DNA of 64,000 nt from Candidatus Eiseniibacteriota bacterium. GTDB taxonomy: Bacteria > Eisenbacteria > RBG-16-71-46. Under the pieces are notes generated by a model. That model was not told the DNA's origin. It searched no databases and worked only from the letters and a program-made list of their open reading frames with translations. Shown piece after piece: positions 30,840 to 41,057 of this stretch. Numbering within the stretch: position 1 is the stretch's first letter; the number at the start of each line of letters is the position of its first letter. The translations under genes were made by a program, and so were the position numbers. The stretch is taken from positions 384,001 through 448,000 of the forward strand of contig CAVUWA010000009.1 in assembly GCA_963744995.1 (NCBI GenBank). Reading direction: 5' to 3'.

Positions 30840-32168
30840 ATGATGCCGCGCCCGATCACCGTCCGGCCCGCCGCGCGGGTGGGTGGCACGTTCGAGCCCC
30901 CGGGCGACAAGTCGATCACGCACCGCGCCTACCTGCTCGCGCTGCTCGCGCACGGCGAGAGCGTGATCGAACGGCCGAATCCGGGCGCCGACTGCGAGGC
31001 GACGCTCGCGGCGGTCACCGCACTGGGCGGCCACGTGTCGCGCACGGACGCAACGGTGCGGATCGGCGGCCGCGGCGACGCGCGGGTGGAGCCCGAGGGC
31101 GTCATCGACTGCGGCAACTCGGGGACCTCGCTGCGGCTGCTGGCCGGAGTGCTCGCCGCGCAGCCGGGCCTCGCGGTGCTCGACGGTGACGCCTCGCTCA
31201 GGCGGCGCCCCGTGGCGCGCATCGTGACGCCGCTGGTGCGCATGGGGGCATGGCTGGCCGCACGCGCGGGCGACCGGTTTCCGCCGCTGGTGATCCGCGG
31301 CGCGGCGCTGCGCGGCATCGCGTACGAGGCGCCGGTCGCGAGCGCTCAGGTGCAGAGCTGCGTGCTGCTCGCAGGTCTCGACGCCCGCGGCCGCACCTCG
31401 GTTGCGCTGCCGGGGCCGGCACGCGACCATACGCGGCGCATGCTGTCCGCGTTCGGAGTTCAGACGGAGGCGGCGCCCGCTGGCGCCGGCGAGCGCGTCG
31501 CGGTCGAGGGCCCGGCGCGGCTCTCGGGCACGGCGCTGCGCGTTCCCGGTGACTTTTCCGCCGCCGCGTTCTTCCTCGCCGCCGCCGCGGCGACCCCCGG
31601 CGCACGGGTCACCGCGGCGGGTGTGGGGCTCAATCCCACCCGCACCGGGCTGCTCGACGTGCTGGAGGCGATGGGCGCGCGGGTCGAGCGCAGCGCCCTG
31701 CGGGATGCCGCCGGCGAGCCGGTGGGCGACGTGAGCGTCGAGGGCCCGGAGGCGCTGCGGCCGTTCGACGTTCCTGCCGAGTGGCTGCCGCGGCTGCTGG
31801 ACGAGGTGCCTGCGTGGGCGCTGGCCGCCGCCGCCGCCCGCGGCATCTCGCGCGTCAGCGGGGCCGCGGAACTGCGGGTCAAGGAGAGCGACCGCCTGGC
31901 GGGGCTCGCCAGCGGGCTCGCGCGTCTGGGCATTGCGGTCGAAGAGGCGCAGGACGGTCTCGCGATCACCGGCGGGCAGGCCGCGGGAGGCCGCGTGAGC
32001 GCCGCCGGCGACCATCGGCTGGCCATGACGTTCGCGCTGTTCGGGCTGGGCGCCGCGGCGCCGGTGACCGTGGACGATGCGGCCGCGATCACCACGTCCT
32101 ATCCGGGCTTCGAGACCGAGCTGGCCGCGCTCGCGCCCGGCGCGCTCGACGCGGGAGCGCCGGCGTGA
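30840..32168 (+). CDS. aroA: 3-phosphoshikimate 1-carboxyvinyltransferase (EPSP synthase)
   Basis: PGDKSITHRA, DCGNSGT, ASAQV, NPTRTG, ELRVKESDR, DHRLAM. Confidence 0.94.
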   Translation: MMPRPITVRPAARVGGTFEPPGDKSITHRAYLLALLAHGESVIERPNPGADCEATLAAVTALGGHVSRTDATVRIGGRGDARVEPEGVIDCGNSGTSLRLLAGVLAAQPGLAVLDGDASLRRRPVARIVTPLVRMGAWLAARAGDRFPPLVIRGAALRGIAYEAPVASAQVQSCVLLAGLDARGRTSVALPGPARDHTRRMLSAFGVQTEAAPAGAGERVAVEGPARLSGTALRVPGDFSAAAFFLAAAAATPGARVTAAGVGLNPTRTGLLDVLEAMGARVERSALRDAAGEPVGDVSVEGPEALRPFDVPAEWLPRLLDEVPAWALAAAAARGISRVSGAAELRVKESDRLAGLASGLARLGIAVEEAQDGLAITGGQAAGGRVSAAGDHRLAMTFALFGLGAAAPVTVDDAAAITTSYPGFETELAALAPGALDAGAPA

Positions 32169-32860
32169 GCTTCGTCGTGACCATCGACGGCCCGGCTGCG
32201 GCCGGCAAGAGCACCACCGCGCGCGCGGTCGCGGCGCGCCTCGGCTTCGTCTACATCGACACGGGGGCGCTCTACCGGGCGCTGGCACTCAAGGTCCTCG
32301 ACGAGGGTGTCTCGCCGGACGATCCGGACGCCGTGGAGACCGCGCTCGACGGCACCGAGCTCGATCTCTCCGGCTCGCCCGACACTCCGCACGTGCGGCT
32401 CGACGGACGCGAGGTCACCGAGCAGATCCGGACGCCGGAGGTGAGCGAGATGGCGTCCCGGCTCGCCGCGCAGCGCGCCGTGCGGGCGCGGCTCGTGGAC
32501 GTCCAGCGTGACCTCGCCGCGCACGGTCCGCTGATCGGCGAGGGGCGCGATCTCGGCACGGTCGTGTTTCCGGACGCCGAGGTGAAGATCTATCTCGACG
32601 CCGATGCCGAGTCGCGCGCGCGGCGCCGGTACCGGGAGCTTCAGGAGCGCGGCATCCCGGTCCCGTTCGAGGACGTGCTGGCCGAGCTCGAGCGTCGCGA
32701 CCGCCGCGACCGCGAACGTGCCGACAGCCCGCTGGCGGTTCCGCCCGACGCCCAGGTGATGGACACCACCGGGATGGACGTCGAGGAGCAGATCCGCGGC
32801 GTGATGGACATCGTGCAGTCGCATCCGGCCTTCCCGGGCGTCGGGCGCGAGCCTGCATGA
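32165..32860 (+). CDS. cmk: Cytidylate kinase
   Basis: IDGPAAAGKST, DTGALYRA, EGRDLGTVVFPDA. Confidence 0.95.
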   Translation: MSFVVTIDGPAAAGKSTTARAVAARLGFVYIDTGALYRALALKVLDEGVSPDDPDAVETALDGTELDLSGSPDTPHVRLDGREVTEQIRTPEVSEMASRLAAQRAVRARLVDVQRDLAAHGPLIGEGRDLGTVVFPDAEVKIYLDADAESRARRRYRELQERGIPVPFEDVLAELERRDRRDRERADSPLAVPPDAQVMDTTGMDVEEQIRGVMDIVQSHPAFPGVGREPA

Positions 32861-32975
32861 CATTGTGCGGCAAGCCGTTCCGGGGCCGGGGCCGGAACCC
32901 GGCGAGCGGGCGGCCCGGGGCGCGGCGCCGGACCGGCCACGCAGCGCCGCGCCCCGTTTCAGGTTAGGAGATTTC

Positions 32976-33617
32976 TTGAGCGCGTATTATAGTGCCTGCC
33001 GGTCTGCGATCTCCGGCGCCATGAAGGTGTTCAACGGATGGGAGGTGCGCGGGCGCGAACACGTTCCCCGCGAGGGCGGCGTGATCGTCGCTCCGAACCA
33101 CATCTCCTTCTGGGATCCGCCGCTCGTCGGAGCCGCAGCGAAGCGCGAGTTGCATTTCCTCGCCAAGGAAGAGTTGTTCCGCACGCCGCTGCTCGGCCCG
33201 CTCATCCGCGTGTTCAACGCGATCCCGATCCGTCGGGGGATGGCGGACGTTCGTGGATTGTCGCGGGCCATCGAAGTCCTCCAGCGGGGCGACGCGCTCC
33301 TCGTGTTTCCCGAAGGCAGCCGCATGCGGGACGGAAAGCTGCATCCGGCCCGTCCCGGCATCGGGTTCCTGGCGGTGCAGGGCGACGCGACCATCGTTCC
33401 GGCCTGCGTGTCGGGCACGAACCGGCCGCGGCACTGGCTGCTGCGCCTGGAGAAGGTGCGGGTCCGCTTCGGCCCTGGGCGGCACTGGCGCTCCTACGCC
33501 GGTGACGACGGGGCGCAGGGGCGGGCGCTGTACCAGCGTATCGGCGACGGCGTCATGCAGGACGTCGCGGCGCTGCGCGAACTGCAGTTGACGAGAGCAT
33601 CACGCGGTGCGGCCTGA
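32976..33617 (+). CDS. plsC: 1-acyl-sn-glycerol-3-phosphate acyltransferase
   Basis: NHISFWDP, FLAKEELF, FPEGSR; TTG start after AGGAG. Confidence 0.88.
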   Translation: MSAYYSACRSAISGAMKVFNGWEVRGREHVPREGGVIVAPNHISFWDPPLVGAAAKRELHFLAKEELFRTPLLGPLIRVFNAIPIRRGMADVRGLSRAIEVLQRGDALLVFPEGSRMRDGKLHPARPGIGFLAVQGDATIVPACVSGTNRPRHWLLRLEKVRVRFGPGRHWRSYAGDDGAQGRALYQRIGDGVMQDVAALRELQLTRASRGAA

Positions 33618-33660
33618 GCGGTCGCACCCTATTCCAATGGTTCAAGGAGGTCTTCACCCC

Positions 33661-35463
33661 ATGCTGGAAACGTCGGAAGAAACCCTCAACCCCGCATCGG
33701 AAACGCCGAAGCGGGCACCCTCACCGCCTCCATTCCCGCTCAACGCGGACGAGGACGACGAGGAACTCACCCCCGAGCTGCGGGCGCAGATGTTCGACGT
33801 CTATGAAGAGTCGATGCGCTCGATCGCCGAGGGCGAGATCGTCAAGGGCACCGTGCTTTCGGTCGACGACAAGGACGTCCTGGTGGACGTCGGATTCAAG
33901 AGCGAAGGCATCGTCTCCCTTTCGGAATTCGCCGATCCGGCGAGCATCAAGGTCGGCGACACCATCGAAGTCTTCCTCGAGAAGATGGAGAACCAGGACG
34001 GGCTGGTCGTCCTGTCGAAGCAGCGCGCGGATTTCGTGCGTGTATGGGATCGGGTCAAGGAAGCCCATGACACCGGTCAGGTGGTCGAAGGCCGCATGGT
34101 CCGCAAGATCAAGGGCGGGGTGGTCGTGGACCTCTACGGGGTCGAGGCCTTCCTGCCGGGATCGCAGATCGCGCTGCGTCAGGTGCAGAACGTGGACGCG
34201 ATGCTCGGCCAGACCGTGTCGGTCAAGATCATCAAGCTGAACAAGCGGCGCCGCAACATCGTCGTCTCGCGCCGCAGCGTGCTCGAGGAAGAGCGCGAGA
34301 AGATGAAGGGCAAGATCCTCAAGGATCTGGCCAAGGATCAGATCCGCGAAGGCGTGGTCAAGAACATCACCGACTTCGGCGCATTCGTGGACCTCGGTGG
34401 CATCGACGGCCTGCTGCACATCACCGACATGTCGTGGGGCCGCGTCGGGCACCCGTCCGAGCTGGTCAAGATCGGCGACAAGGTGCGGGTGAAGGTGCTC
34501 AACTTCGATCCCGAGAAGGAGCGTATCTCGCTCGGCCTGAAGCAGCTCGAGGCCTACCCGTGGGAAGGCGTCGACGAGAAGTACAAGGTCGGCGACCGCG
34601 TGAAGGGTCGCGTCGTGTCGATCACCGACTACGGCGCATTCGTCGAGCTGGAGAAGGGCGTGGAAGGCCTCGTGCACGTCTCCGAGATGTCGTGGACGCG
34701 TCACGTGCGGCATCCGTCCAAGGTCGTCAACATCGGCGACGAGATCGAGGCGGTCGTGCTCAAGGTCGACAAGGCGAACGAGAAGATCTCGCTCGGCTTG
34801 AAGCAGACCGAGCCCGATCCGTGGCTCACGCTCGACCAGAAGTACCCCGAGGGCACCCGCGTTGAGGGCAAGGTGCGGAACCTCACGAATTTCGGCGCGT
34901 TCGTCGAGCTGGAGGAGGGCATCGACGGCCTGGTGCACGTCAGCGACATGTCGTGGACCAAGCGCGTGGCGCACCCCAGCGAGGTGCTCAAGAAGGGCGA
35001 CACGGTCGAGGTCGTGATCCTGTCGATCGACAAGGAGCACCGCCGCATCAGCCTGGGCCTCAAGCAGGTCTCCGAGGATCCGTGGCCACAGCTCGCCGAG
35101 AAGTTCCCGTCGGGAATGGAAGTCAGCGGCACGGTCAACCGCCTGTTCGACCGCGGCGCGATCGTGGACCTCGGCGAAGGCATCGAAGGCTTCATTCCGC
35201 TCTCGCAGCTGGGCCAGGACGACCTCAAGCGTCCGAACGACGCCTTCGAGGTGGGCGAGACCCTCACCATGAAGGTGACCCGGGTGGACGTGCCGAATCA
35301 TCGCCTGATCCTCAGCGTGAAGGCGTGGCTCTCGGACCAGGACGACATCGCTCTGGCCGAGTGGACGTCGAAGCGCAATCAGGTCAAGGCGCGCATCGCC
35401 TCGAATCCGTCGCCTGAAGAAGGCGGAGGCTCGAGCGACTCGGGCGATTCCGGCGACGAATAG
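33661..35463 (+). CDS. rpsA: 30S ribosomal protein S1
   Basis: Six S1 repeats (FGAFVDLG.IDGLLHITDMSW etc.); SD AAGGAGG; follows cmk. Confidence 0.97.
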   Translation: MLETSEETLNPASETPKRAPSPPPFPLNADEDDEELTPELRAQMFDVYEESMRSIAEGEIVKGTVLSVDDKDVLVDVGFKSEGIVSLSEFADPASIKVGDTIEVFLEKMENQDGLVVLSKQRADFVRVWDRVKEAHDTGQVVEGRMVRKIKGGVVVDLYGVEAFLPGSQIALRQVQNVDAMLGQTVSVKIIKLNKRRRNIVVSRRSVLEEEREKMKGKILKDLAKDQIREGVVKNITDFGAFVDLGGIDGLLHITDMSWGRVGHPSELVKIGDKVRVKVLNFDPEKERISLGLKQLEAYPWEGVDEKYKVGDRVKGRVVSITDYGAFVELEKGVEGLVHVSEMSWTRHVRHPSKVVNIGDEIEAVVLKVDKANEKISLGLKQTEPDPWLTLDQKYPEGTRVEGKVRNLTNFGAFVELEEGIDGLVHVSDMSWTKRVAHPSEVLKKGDTVEVVILSIDKEHRRISLGLKQVSEDPWPQLAEKFPSGMEVSGTVNRLFDRGAIVDLGEGIEGFIPLSQLGQDDLKRPNDAFEVGETLTMKVTRVDVPNHRLILSVKAWLSDQDDIALAEWTSKRNQVKARIASNPSPEEGGGSSDSGDSGDE

Positions 35464-35489
35464 CCGCCGCGAAGATCCGTACAGACCGG

Positions 35490-35520
35490 ACGGCCGGGGG
35501 AGCGATCCCCCGGCCGTTTG
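35490..35520 (+). terminator. Hairpin terminator after rpsA
   Basis: ACGGCCGGGGGA/TCCCCCGGCCGT 12-bp stem with GCGA tetraloop, short T tract. Confidence 0.6.
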
Positions 35521-35636
35521 CGTGTCCGGTCCCGGAGTTCAGCCGGCTTCGCGCAGCGGCGAGCCGTGGACTCCGCCCGGCGTCCGGGCGAACCGGCACG
35601 CGGCGGCGCGTTTGGCCGCGCCGGCCGGCCCCGCTT

Positions 35637-36509
35637 ATGCTCCCCGCCATGGTCGCCCTCCTGGCAATCGCCGCCGCGCTCGCCGCGGCCGTTCCGCCCT
35701 CTGACAGCCTCACCGCGCTCGTGCGGGGCGCGCCCGCCGACAGCGTCGCGCTGCGGCTCCATGCCTGGATCCAGGCGCACCCGGCGGGGGCCGACGGGGT
35801 GAGCGCGCTGCTGCTGCTCGGCCGCTACGAGTACGCGCGCGGCGAGTACCGGCCCGCGGCGGCGGCCTTTGCGCGGGCCGGCGCGCGGCTCGAGCCGGCG
35901 AAGAAACCCGAAGCGCGCTACTGGGCGGGGCTCAGCTGGTTCGCGCTCGGCGACCTCGAGCGCGCCCGCGGCGCCCTCGAGGAGGTGGCGCGCGCGGGTG
36001 GCGAGCGCGCGAGCGACGCGCAGCTCGCGCTGGCCCAGGTCTGGGAGGCGGGCGGGCGCAGCGACAAGGCGTTGGAAGCGCTCAATGCGCTGCTCGCCGG
36101 GGATCCGGGCGAAGCGGGGGCGACCGCGCTGGCGATGACGTTCGAAATCGCGACCGCCCAGCATCGCGAGCCCGAGGCCGAGCGTGCCGCGGGGCGCCTG
36201 CTGCGCGACTATCCGCGCAGCCTCGAAGCCGCGCGCTTCGGCCAGCGCGTGGTGACGCCGCCCTCGACGCAGGGTCACATCGCGGTGCGCCTCGGCGCGT
36301 TCAGCGAGGAGGCCCGTGCGCGCGCGCTGGCCGCAGCCGCACGCCGCGCGGGCTTCGCCGAGGTACGGGTCATTCCGCCGAGTGGCGCGGGCGCACCGCT
36401 CTACATCGTCCGCCTGGGTCCCTACGCCGACCCCGATCAGGCGCAGCAGCAGGCCGAGCGCATCGCGGAACGGCTCGGCATCATTCCCGAGCGCATCCAG
36501 ACCCCGTGA
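35637..36509 (+). CDS. Exported TPR + SPOR domain protein
   Basis: Signal peptide, TPR-like helices (ARYWAG, DYPRS), C-terminal VRLGAFSEE..YIVRLGPY SPOR pattern. Confidence 0.78.
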   Translation: MLPAMVALLAIAAALAAAVPPSDSLTALVRGAPADSVALRLHAWIQAHPAGADGVSALLLLGRYEYARGEYRPAAAAFARAGARLEPAKKPEARYWAGLSWFALGDLERARGALEEVARAGGERASDAQLALAQVWEAGGRSDKALEALNALLAGDPGEAGATALAMTFEIATAQHREPEAERAAGRLLRDYPRSLEAARFGQRVVTPPSTQGHIAVRLGAFSEEARARALAAAARRAGFAEVRVIPPSGAGAPLYIVRLGPYADPDQAQQQAERIAERLGIIPERIQTP

Positions 36510-39151
36510 GCGCGACGCGGGCGAAGACGGCGGCCGGGAAACGGGCGGCGGGAAGAGGGGCGGGCGCCCGCACTCCGTTGATGGAGCAGTATGCGCGCAT
36601 CAAGCACGAGCATCCCGACGCGTTCCTGTTCTTCCGGCTCGGCGACTTCTACGAGATGTTCTTTGAGGACGCGGTGCAGGCGTCACAGCTGCTCGGCCTC
36701 ACGCTGACCTCGCGCAACCGCCAGGATCCCCGCCCGATCCCGATGTGCGGCATTCCGTGGCACCAGCGGGATCCCTACGTCGCACGCCTGCTGCGCATGG
36801 GGCACAAGGTCGCGATCTGCGACCAGCTCGAAGACGCCGCGCAGGCGAAGGGGCTCGTCGAACGCGGCGTGACCGAGATCCTCACGCCCGGCTCGGTCAC
36901 CGGCGAGGCCTTTCTGGATCCGGCGGCGAACAATTTCCTCGCGGCGCTGTGGCCGGCGGAAGCGGGTATCGGCCTGTGCCTCGCCGACGCCTCCACGGGG
37001 GAGGTGAAACTCGCCGAGTGGCGCTGGGAGGAAGCCGGCGGCCCGCTTTCAAGGCTCCGCGTGGCCGAGTGGGTCGTCCCGGAGCCGGGCGACCTGCCGG
37101 AGCCGGTCGCGCACCGCCTGGCGGCGCTGCAGCGCGGGCTCGCGGGAGCGTCGAGCCCGGTGCCGGCGGTGCGCTACGCCGCGTTCGAGTCGGTGCGCTC
37201 GCGCTGGCCCGAAACGGCGGACGGCGGATTCGACGACATGCCGCTCGCGCTCGCGGCGGGGGCCGCGGCGCTCGACTACATGGACCGCGTCTCGGGCGGG
37301 AGGGCGCTCCAGCTCTCGCGCCTCGAGCGCTGGCGCGAGGACGACACGCTGCGCTACGACGCGGCGACCGCGCGGCACCTCGAGCTGTTCCGACCGGCGC
37401 CGGGGGGCGAGGCGTCCCACACCCTGTGGCATCACCTGAACCTGTGCGTGTCGGCCCCGGGCTCGAGACGCCTGCGCGGCTGGATCGAGCGGCCGCTCGC
37501 GCGGCTCGAACAGCTCGCCGCGCGCCATGCCGCCGTCGGGCGCTGGCTCGAGGCCGGCGTCGAGCGCGGCGGCTTCCGCGAGCGGCTCAAGGGGTTCCCG
37601 GATCTCGAGCGGCTCGCGGCCCGGGTGGCATGCGGCAAAGCCACCCCGCGCGATCTCGGCGCGCTGCGCGACGGGCTCGAACGCCTGCCGGAACTCTCCG
37701 CCGCGCTCCACGCGCTCGATGCGGATCATTCCGGGCTCGACGCGCTGTGCGGCGCGCCGGGCCTCGCCGCGCGCCTCAAGGCCGCGCTCACCGACGAGCC
37801 GCCGCCGATCGCCCGTGACGGAGGCATCGTGCGGGCCGGTTACGACGCGCATCGCGACCGCCTGCACGAGCTCGCCCACTCCGGCAAGCGCTGGATCGCC
37901 GAGCTCGAGGCGGCCGAACGCGCGCGCACCGGCATACCGAGTCTCAAGGTCGGCTACAACCGCGTCTTCGGCTACTACCTCGAGGTCACCCGTCCGCACC
38001 TCGACAAGGTGCCGTCCGAATGGGAGCGGCGGCAGACGCTCACCACGGCCGAGCGCTTCATCACGCCGGAACTCAAGGTCAAGGAGCAGGAGGTGCTCAC
38101 CGCGGAGGACAAGCTCAAGGCGCGCGAACACGAGCTGTTCGTCGAGCTGCGCGAAGCCGCGGCACGGGAGGTCCCCGTGCTGCAGCGCGCGGCGGAGGGG
38201 CTGGGCGTGCTCGACGCCGAGGCCGCCCTGGCCGAGGCCGCGGCCCGCTTCGGGTGGACGCGCCCCGAGCTCTCCGGGTCCGACCGGCTCGACCTCACCG
38301 GCGCCCGGCATCCGGTGGTCGAGCGGCTGCTCGCCCGCGGCGAGTTCGTGCCGAACGACGTGCGGCTCGACGGCCGCACGCGGCAGATCCTGCTGCTCAC
38401 CGGGCCCAACATGGGCGGCAAGAGCACCTACCTCAGGCAGACCGCACTGATCGTGCTGCTCGCCCAGGCCGGTTCGTTCGTGCCGGCGGAGCACGCGGCG
38501 ATCGGACTCGTGGACCGGCTATTCACACGCGTCGGCGCCGCGGACCGTCTCGGCGCCGGACAGAGCACGTTCATGGTCGAGATGCAGGAGACCGCGGACA
38601 TCCTGGCCTCGGCCACGCCGCGCTCGCTGGTGCTGCTCGACGAGATCGGCCGCGGCACGGCCACCTACGACGGTCTGGCCCTGGCCTGGGCGGTCACCGA
38701 GTTCCTGCATGCGGCCGGCGGCCCCAGGCCGCGCACGATCTTCGCGACCCACTACCACGAGCTGACCCAGCTCGCCGGCGAGCTGCCGCGACTCGCCAAC
38801 GTGCACGTCACCGTGCGCGAGTGGCAGGATCAGGTCGTGTTTCTGCACCGCATCGTCGACGGCGCCGCCGATCGTTCCTACGGCATCCACGTGGCGCGGC
38901 TCGCCGGGATCCCGGAACCGGTGATCGCGCGCGCGGCGGAGGTGCTGCACGAGCTGGAGAGCGAGCGCACGGCCGACCATCTGTCGTCGGCCCGGCCGCG
39001 GCAGGACGCCGCACAGGCGGAGCTGCCGCTCGGGCCCGCGCCCGCGCATCCGCTCGCCGCCGCGCTCGCGGCGCTCTCGCCCGAGGCGCTCACGCCGCTC
39101 GAAGCGCTGAACCTTCTCGCCGAATGGAAGAAGAAGTGGGGCGGGGGGTGA
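36506..39151 (+). CDS. mutS: DNA mismatch repair protein MutS
   Basis: TPLMEQY, FRLGDFYEMF, TGPNMGGKSTYLRQ, STFMVEM, DEIGRGT, ATHYHEL. Confidence 0.97.
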   Translation: MSATRAKTAAGKRAAGRGAGARTPLMEQYARIKHEHPDAFLFFRLGDFYEMFFEDAVQASQLLGLTLTSRNRQDPRPIPMCGIPWHQRDPYVARLLRMGHKVAICDQLEDAAQAKGLVERGVTEILTPGSVTGEAFLDPAANNFLAALWPAEAGIGLCLADASTGEVKLAEWRWEEAGGPLSRLRVAEWVVPEPGDLPEPVAHRLAALQRGLAGASSPVPAVRYAAFESVRSRWPETADGGFDDMPLALAAGAAALDYMDRVSGGRALQLSRLERWREDDTLRYDAATARHLELFRPAPGGEASHTLWHHLNLCVSAPGSRRLRGWIERPLARLEQLAARHAAVGRWLEAGVERGGFRERLKGFPDLERLAARVACGKATPRDLGALRDGLERLPELSAALHALDADHSGLDALCGAPGLAARLKAALTDEPPPIARDGGIVRAGYDAHRDRLHELAHSGKRWIAELEAAERARTGIPSLKVGYNRVFGYYLEVTRPHLDKVPSEWERRQTLTTAERFITPELKVKEQEVLTAEDKLKAREHELFVELREAAAREVPVLQRAAEGLGVLDAEAALAEAAARFGWTRPELSGSDRLDLTGARHPVVERLLARGEFVPNDVRLDGRTRQILLLTGPNMGGKSTYLRQTALIVLLAQAGSFVPAEHAAIGLVDRLFTRVGAADRLGAGQSTFMVEMQETADILASATPRSLVLLDEIGRGTATYDGLALAWAVTEFLHAAGGPRPRTIFATHYHELTQLAGELPRLANVHVTVREWQDQVVFLHRIVDGAADRSYGIHVARLAGIPEPVIARAAEVLHELESERTADHLSSARPRQDAAQAELPLGPAPAHPLAAALAALSPEALTPLEALNLLAEWKKKWGGG

Positions 39152-39209
39152 GAGCGCAAGTCACGGCGTGAGGGCGGCAGCCGGCCCGCACCGGGGCCTC
39201 GCAGGGAGC

Positions 39210-39794
39210 CTAGCTTCTCCGCGGGCGTCCGCCGTTGCCGCGGGCCGCGACCGTGGCGGACCGCTTCGCGCGGCCGTTGGTGCTCGCAGGCAGGATCTGC
39301 ACGAGCGCGGTGGGCGCCGCGCCGCCCACCGGGTGCGCCTCGCGGAAGCGGATCAGATTCCGGTAGTGCCCCGGACGCCGCTCGCGGATCCACGCCTCCA
39401 GCTCCTCGCCGGTACTGAACACGTACTGGATGTCGAGGAGTGGATAGCGGCGCTCGCAGGAACGCGGATCGTACTGGCGACACAGCACCGGATGGCGGCC
39501 GTAGATCGAGCAGCGGCCCTTCGAGTCGAGCTTGCCGCACTGCGTGTCGACCTGCAGGTACCACTTCTCCGGCTTCTCCACGAAAATGCTGATGTGCTCG
39601 TGGTAGAGCGCCCAGATCCACTGATCGTAGTCCTCGGCCGCGCGCGGCGAGTCGATTTCGACCGTGATGTAGGTGCAGCACTTCTGGCAGCCGGCGCACA
39701 GATCCGCGTTCTCCTCGGGACTGAGTTCATGGGAGTCGCGTTTGTCGTCGGTCTCGGGAAGATCGTCGGTCGTCAGCACTTTGGAATCGCTCAT
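39210..39794 (-). CDS. YkgJ-family (CxxCxxCC) cysteine cluster protein
   Basis: CAGCQKCC and C..L....CSIY..HP.LC..Y motifs. Confidence 0.82.
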   Translation of the reverse strand: MSDSKVLTTDDLPETDDKRDSHELSPEENADLCAGCQKCCTYITVEIDSPRAAEDYDQWIWALYHEHISIFVEKPEKWYLQVDTQCGKLDSKGRCSIYGRHPVLCRQYDPRSCERRYPLLDIQYVFSTGEELEAWIRERRPGHYRNLIRFREAHPVGGAAPTALVQILPASTNGRAKRSATVAARGNGGRPRRS

Positions 39795-39864
39795 GACCCG
39801 CGTTTATAACCGAAAGGTGCAGGACATGCCAGCCCGCCCGCATGAAAGCGGCGCAGCCCACGGC

Positions 39865-40719
39865 TCAGCGTCCGGCGGCCGGGGCCGCCAGCACCTCACC
39901 CGCGATCCGCGCGAGCGCGGTGTCCGGAGAGACGGCGGCGAAGTCACGCACCGCGCGCACGAGCGCGGTGTCGCGCGCGCCCGCCGCAGCGTCCAGCGCG
40001 AGCCAGGCCTCGCGGCCCGCATCGGCGTGGTGCGCGCGACGCTCGAGCACCGCCGCTAGCGTCTCGGCGGCCGCCGGGCGACGCCCGAACGTGCGCGGCG
40101 CCTTCCACAGCGCGCGGGCCGCCTCGCAGCGCACCTCCTCGACCGGATCGCCGAGCAGCGTCACGAGCCGGACCCGCAGGCTGTCGCGCAGCGGATCGTC
40201 GAGGTGCCGCGCGGGGAACGCCGGGCGATCGTGCTCGATGTCGGTGACGATCAGATTGACGCCCAGGGCGAGGGCGGCGCGGGCGCGCACGGCGGGATCC
40301 GCATCGCGGGAGAGCGGCAGCAGCCGCGCCACGGTCTCCGGGGAACGGTAGCTCCAGCGCCGGATCGCGCGAATCTTCCCCGCCGCGGTCGACGGCAGCG
40401 GCGGCTCGCCGCCGGCAGGCACGAACGGGTGCCAGACGAGCGGCGAGAGGCCGAGCAGGACGGCGACGGCACGGGCGATGAAGCGGCGGCGGCCGGCCGG
40501 CATGCGTCGCCCGGCAAACCAGGCGCCGAGCGCCATGCCGTAGACGCTCGGCCAGATCCAGCCGCCGTCGGTGAGCCATGCGCGGTAGGCGTGGCCGGCA
40601 CGCGGATCATGGGCCATGACGCCGATGCCGTCGATCGCGTAGCCGGCGGCAAGGGTCAGCAGACCGCCCAGCAGCGCACCGGCGATCAGTGCGCCCGCGA
40701 GCGGGGGCGCGTCGCTCAG
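39865..40719 (-). CDS. Membrane protein with C-terminal HEAT-like repeats (start uncertain)
   Basis: Three hydrophobic segments, then DADPAVRARAALALG and DPVEEVRCEAARAL. Confidence 0.65.
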   Translation of the reverse strand: MSDAPPLAGALIAGALLGGLLTLAAGYAIDGIGVMAHDPRAGHAYRAWLTDGGWIWPSVYGMALGAWFAGRRMPAGRRRFIARAVAVLLGLSPLVWHPFVPAGGEPPLPSTAAGKIRAIRRWSYRSPETVARLLPLSRDADPAVRARAALALGVNLIVTDIEHDRPAFPARHLDDPLRDSLRVRLVTLLGDPVEEVRCEAARALWKAPRTFGRRPAAAETLAAVLERRAHHADAGREAWLALDAAAGARDTALVRAVRDFAAVSPDTALARIAGEVLAAPAAGR

Positions 40720-41057
40720 TCCTCGCGGACGATCGCTTTCCACACCATGCCCACGATCGCCAGCAGCAACGAGCCCAGCAGCAGCGCACCGAAACCGCGG
40801 ACGTGGAACCCGGGCACCACCAGATCCGTGAGCCACAGCATCACCGCGTTGAGGATCAGCAGGAAGAAGCCGAGGGTCACGATCGTCAGCGGCAGAGTGA
40901 GCAGGAACAGCACGGGCTTGATGACGGTGTTGGCCAGGCCGAGGACGAGGGCCGCCAGGATCGCGGGCCCCCAGCCGCTCACGAAGAACCCCGGGATCAC
41001 GTGGGACAGCGACATGAACGCACAGGCCATGACGAGGAAATAGAGGACGTGTTTCAC
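40716..41057 (-). CDS. YvlD/DUF360 4-TM membrane protein ('phage holin superfamily IV')
   Basis: ALVLGLANTVIKPVLFLLTLPLTIVTLGFFLLILNA; GTGA overlap with upstream gene. Confidence 0.88.
   Translation of the reverse strand: MKHVLYFLVMACAFMSLSHVIPGFFVSGWGPAILAALVLGLANTVIKPVLFLLTLPLTIVTLGFFLLILNAVMLWLTDLVVPGFHVRGFGALLLGSLLLAIVGMVWKAIVRED

Noticed and set aside
40716..41057. 'Phage holin' as evidence of a prophage
   Set aside because: YvlD/DUF360 proteins are common chromosomal membrane proteins; no phage genes nearby.
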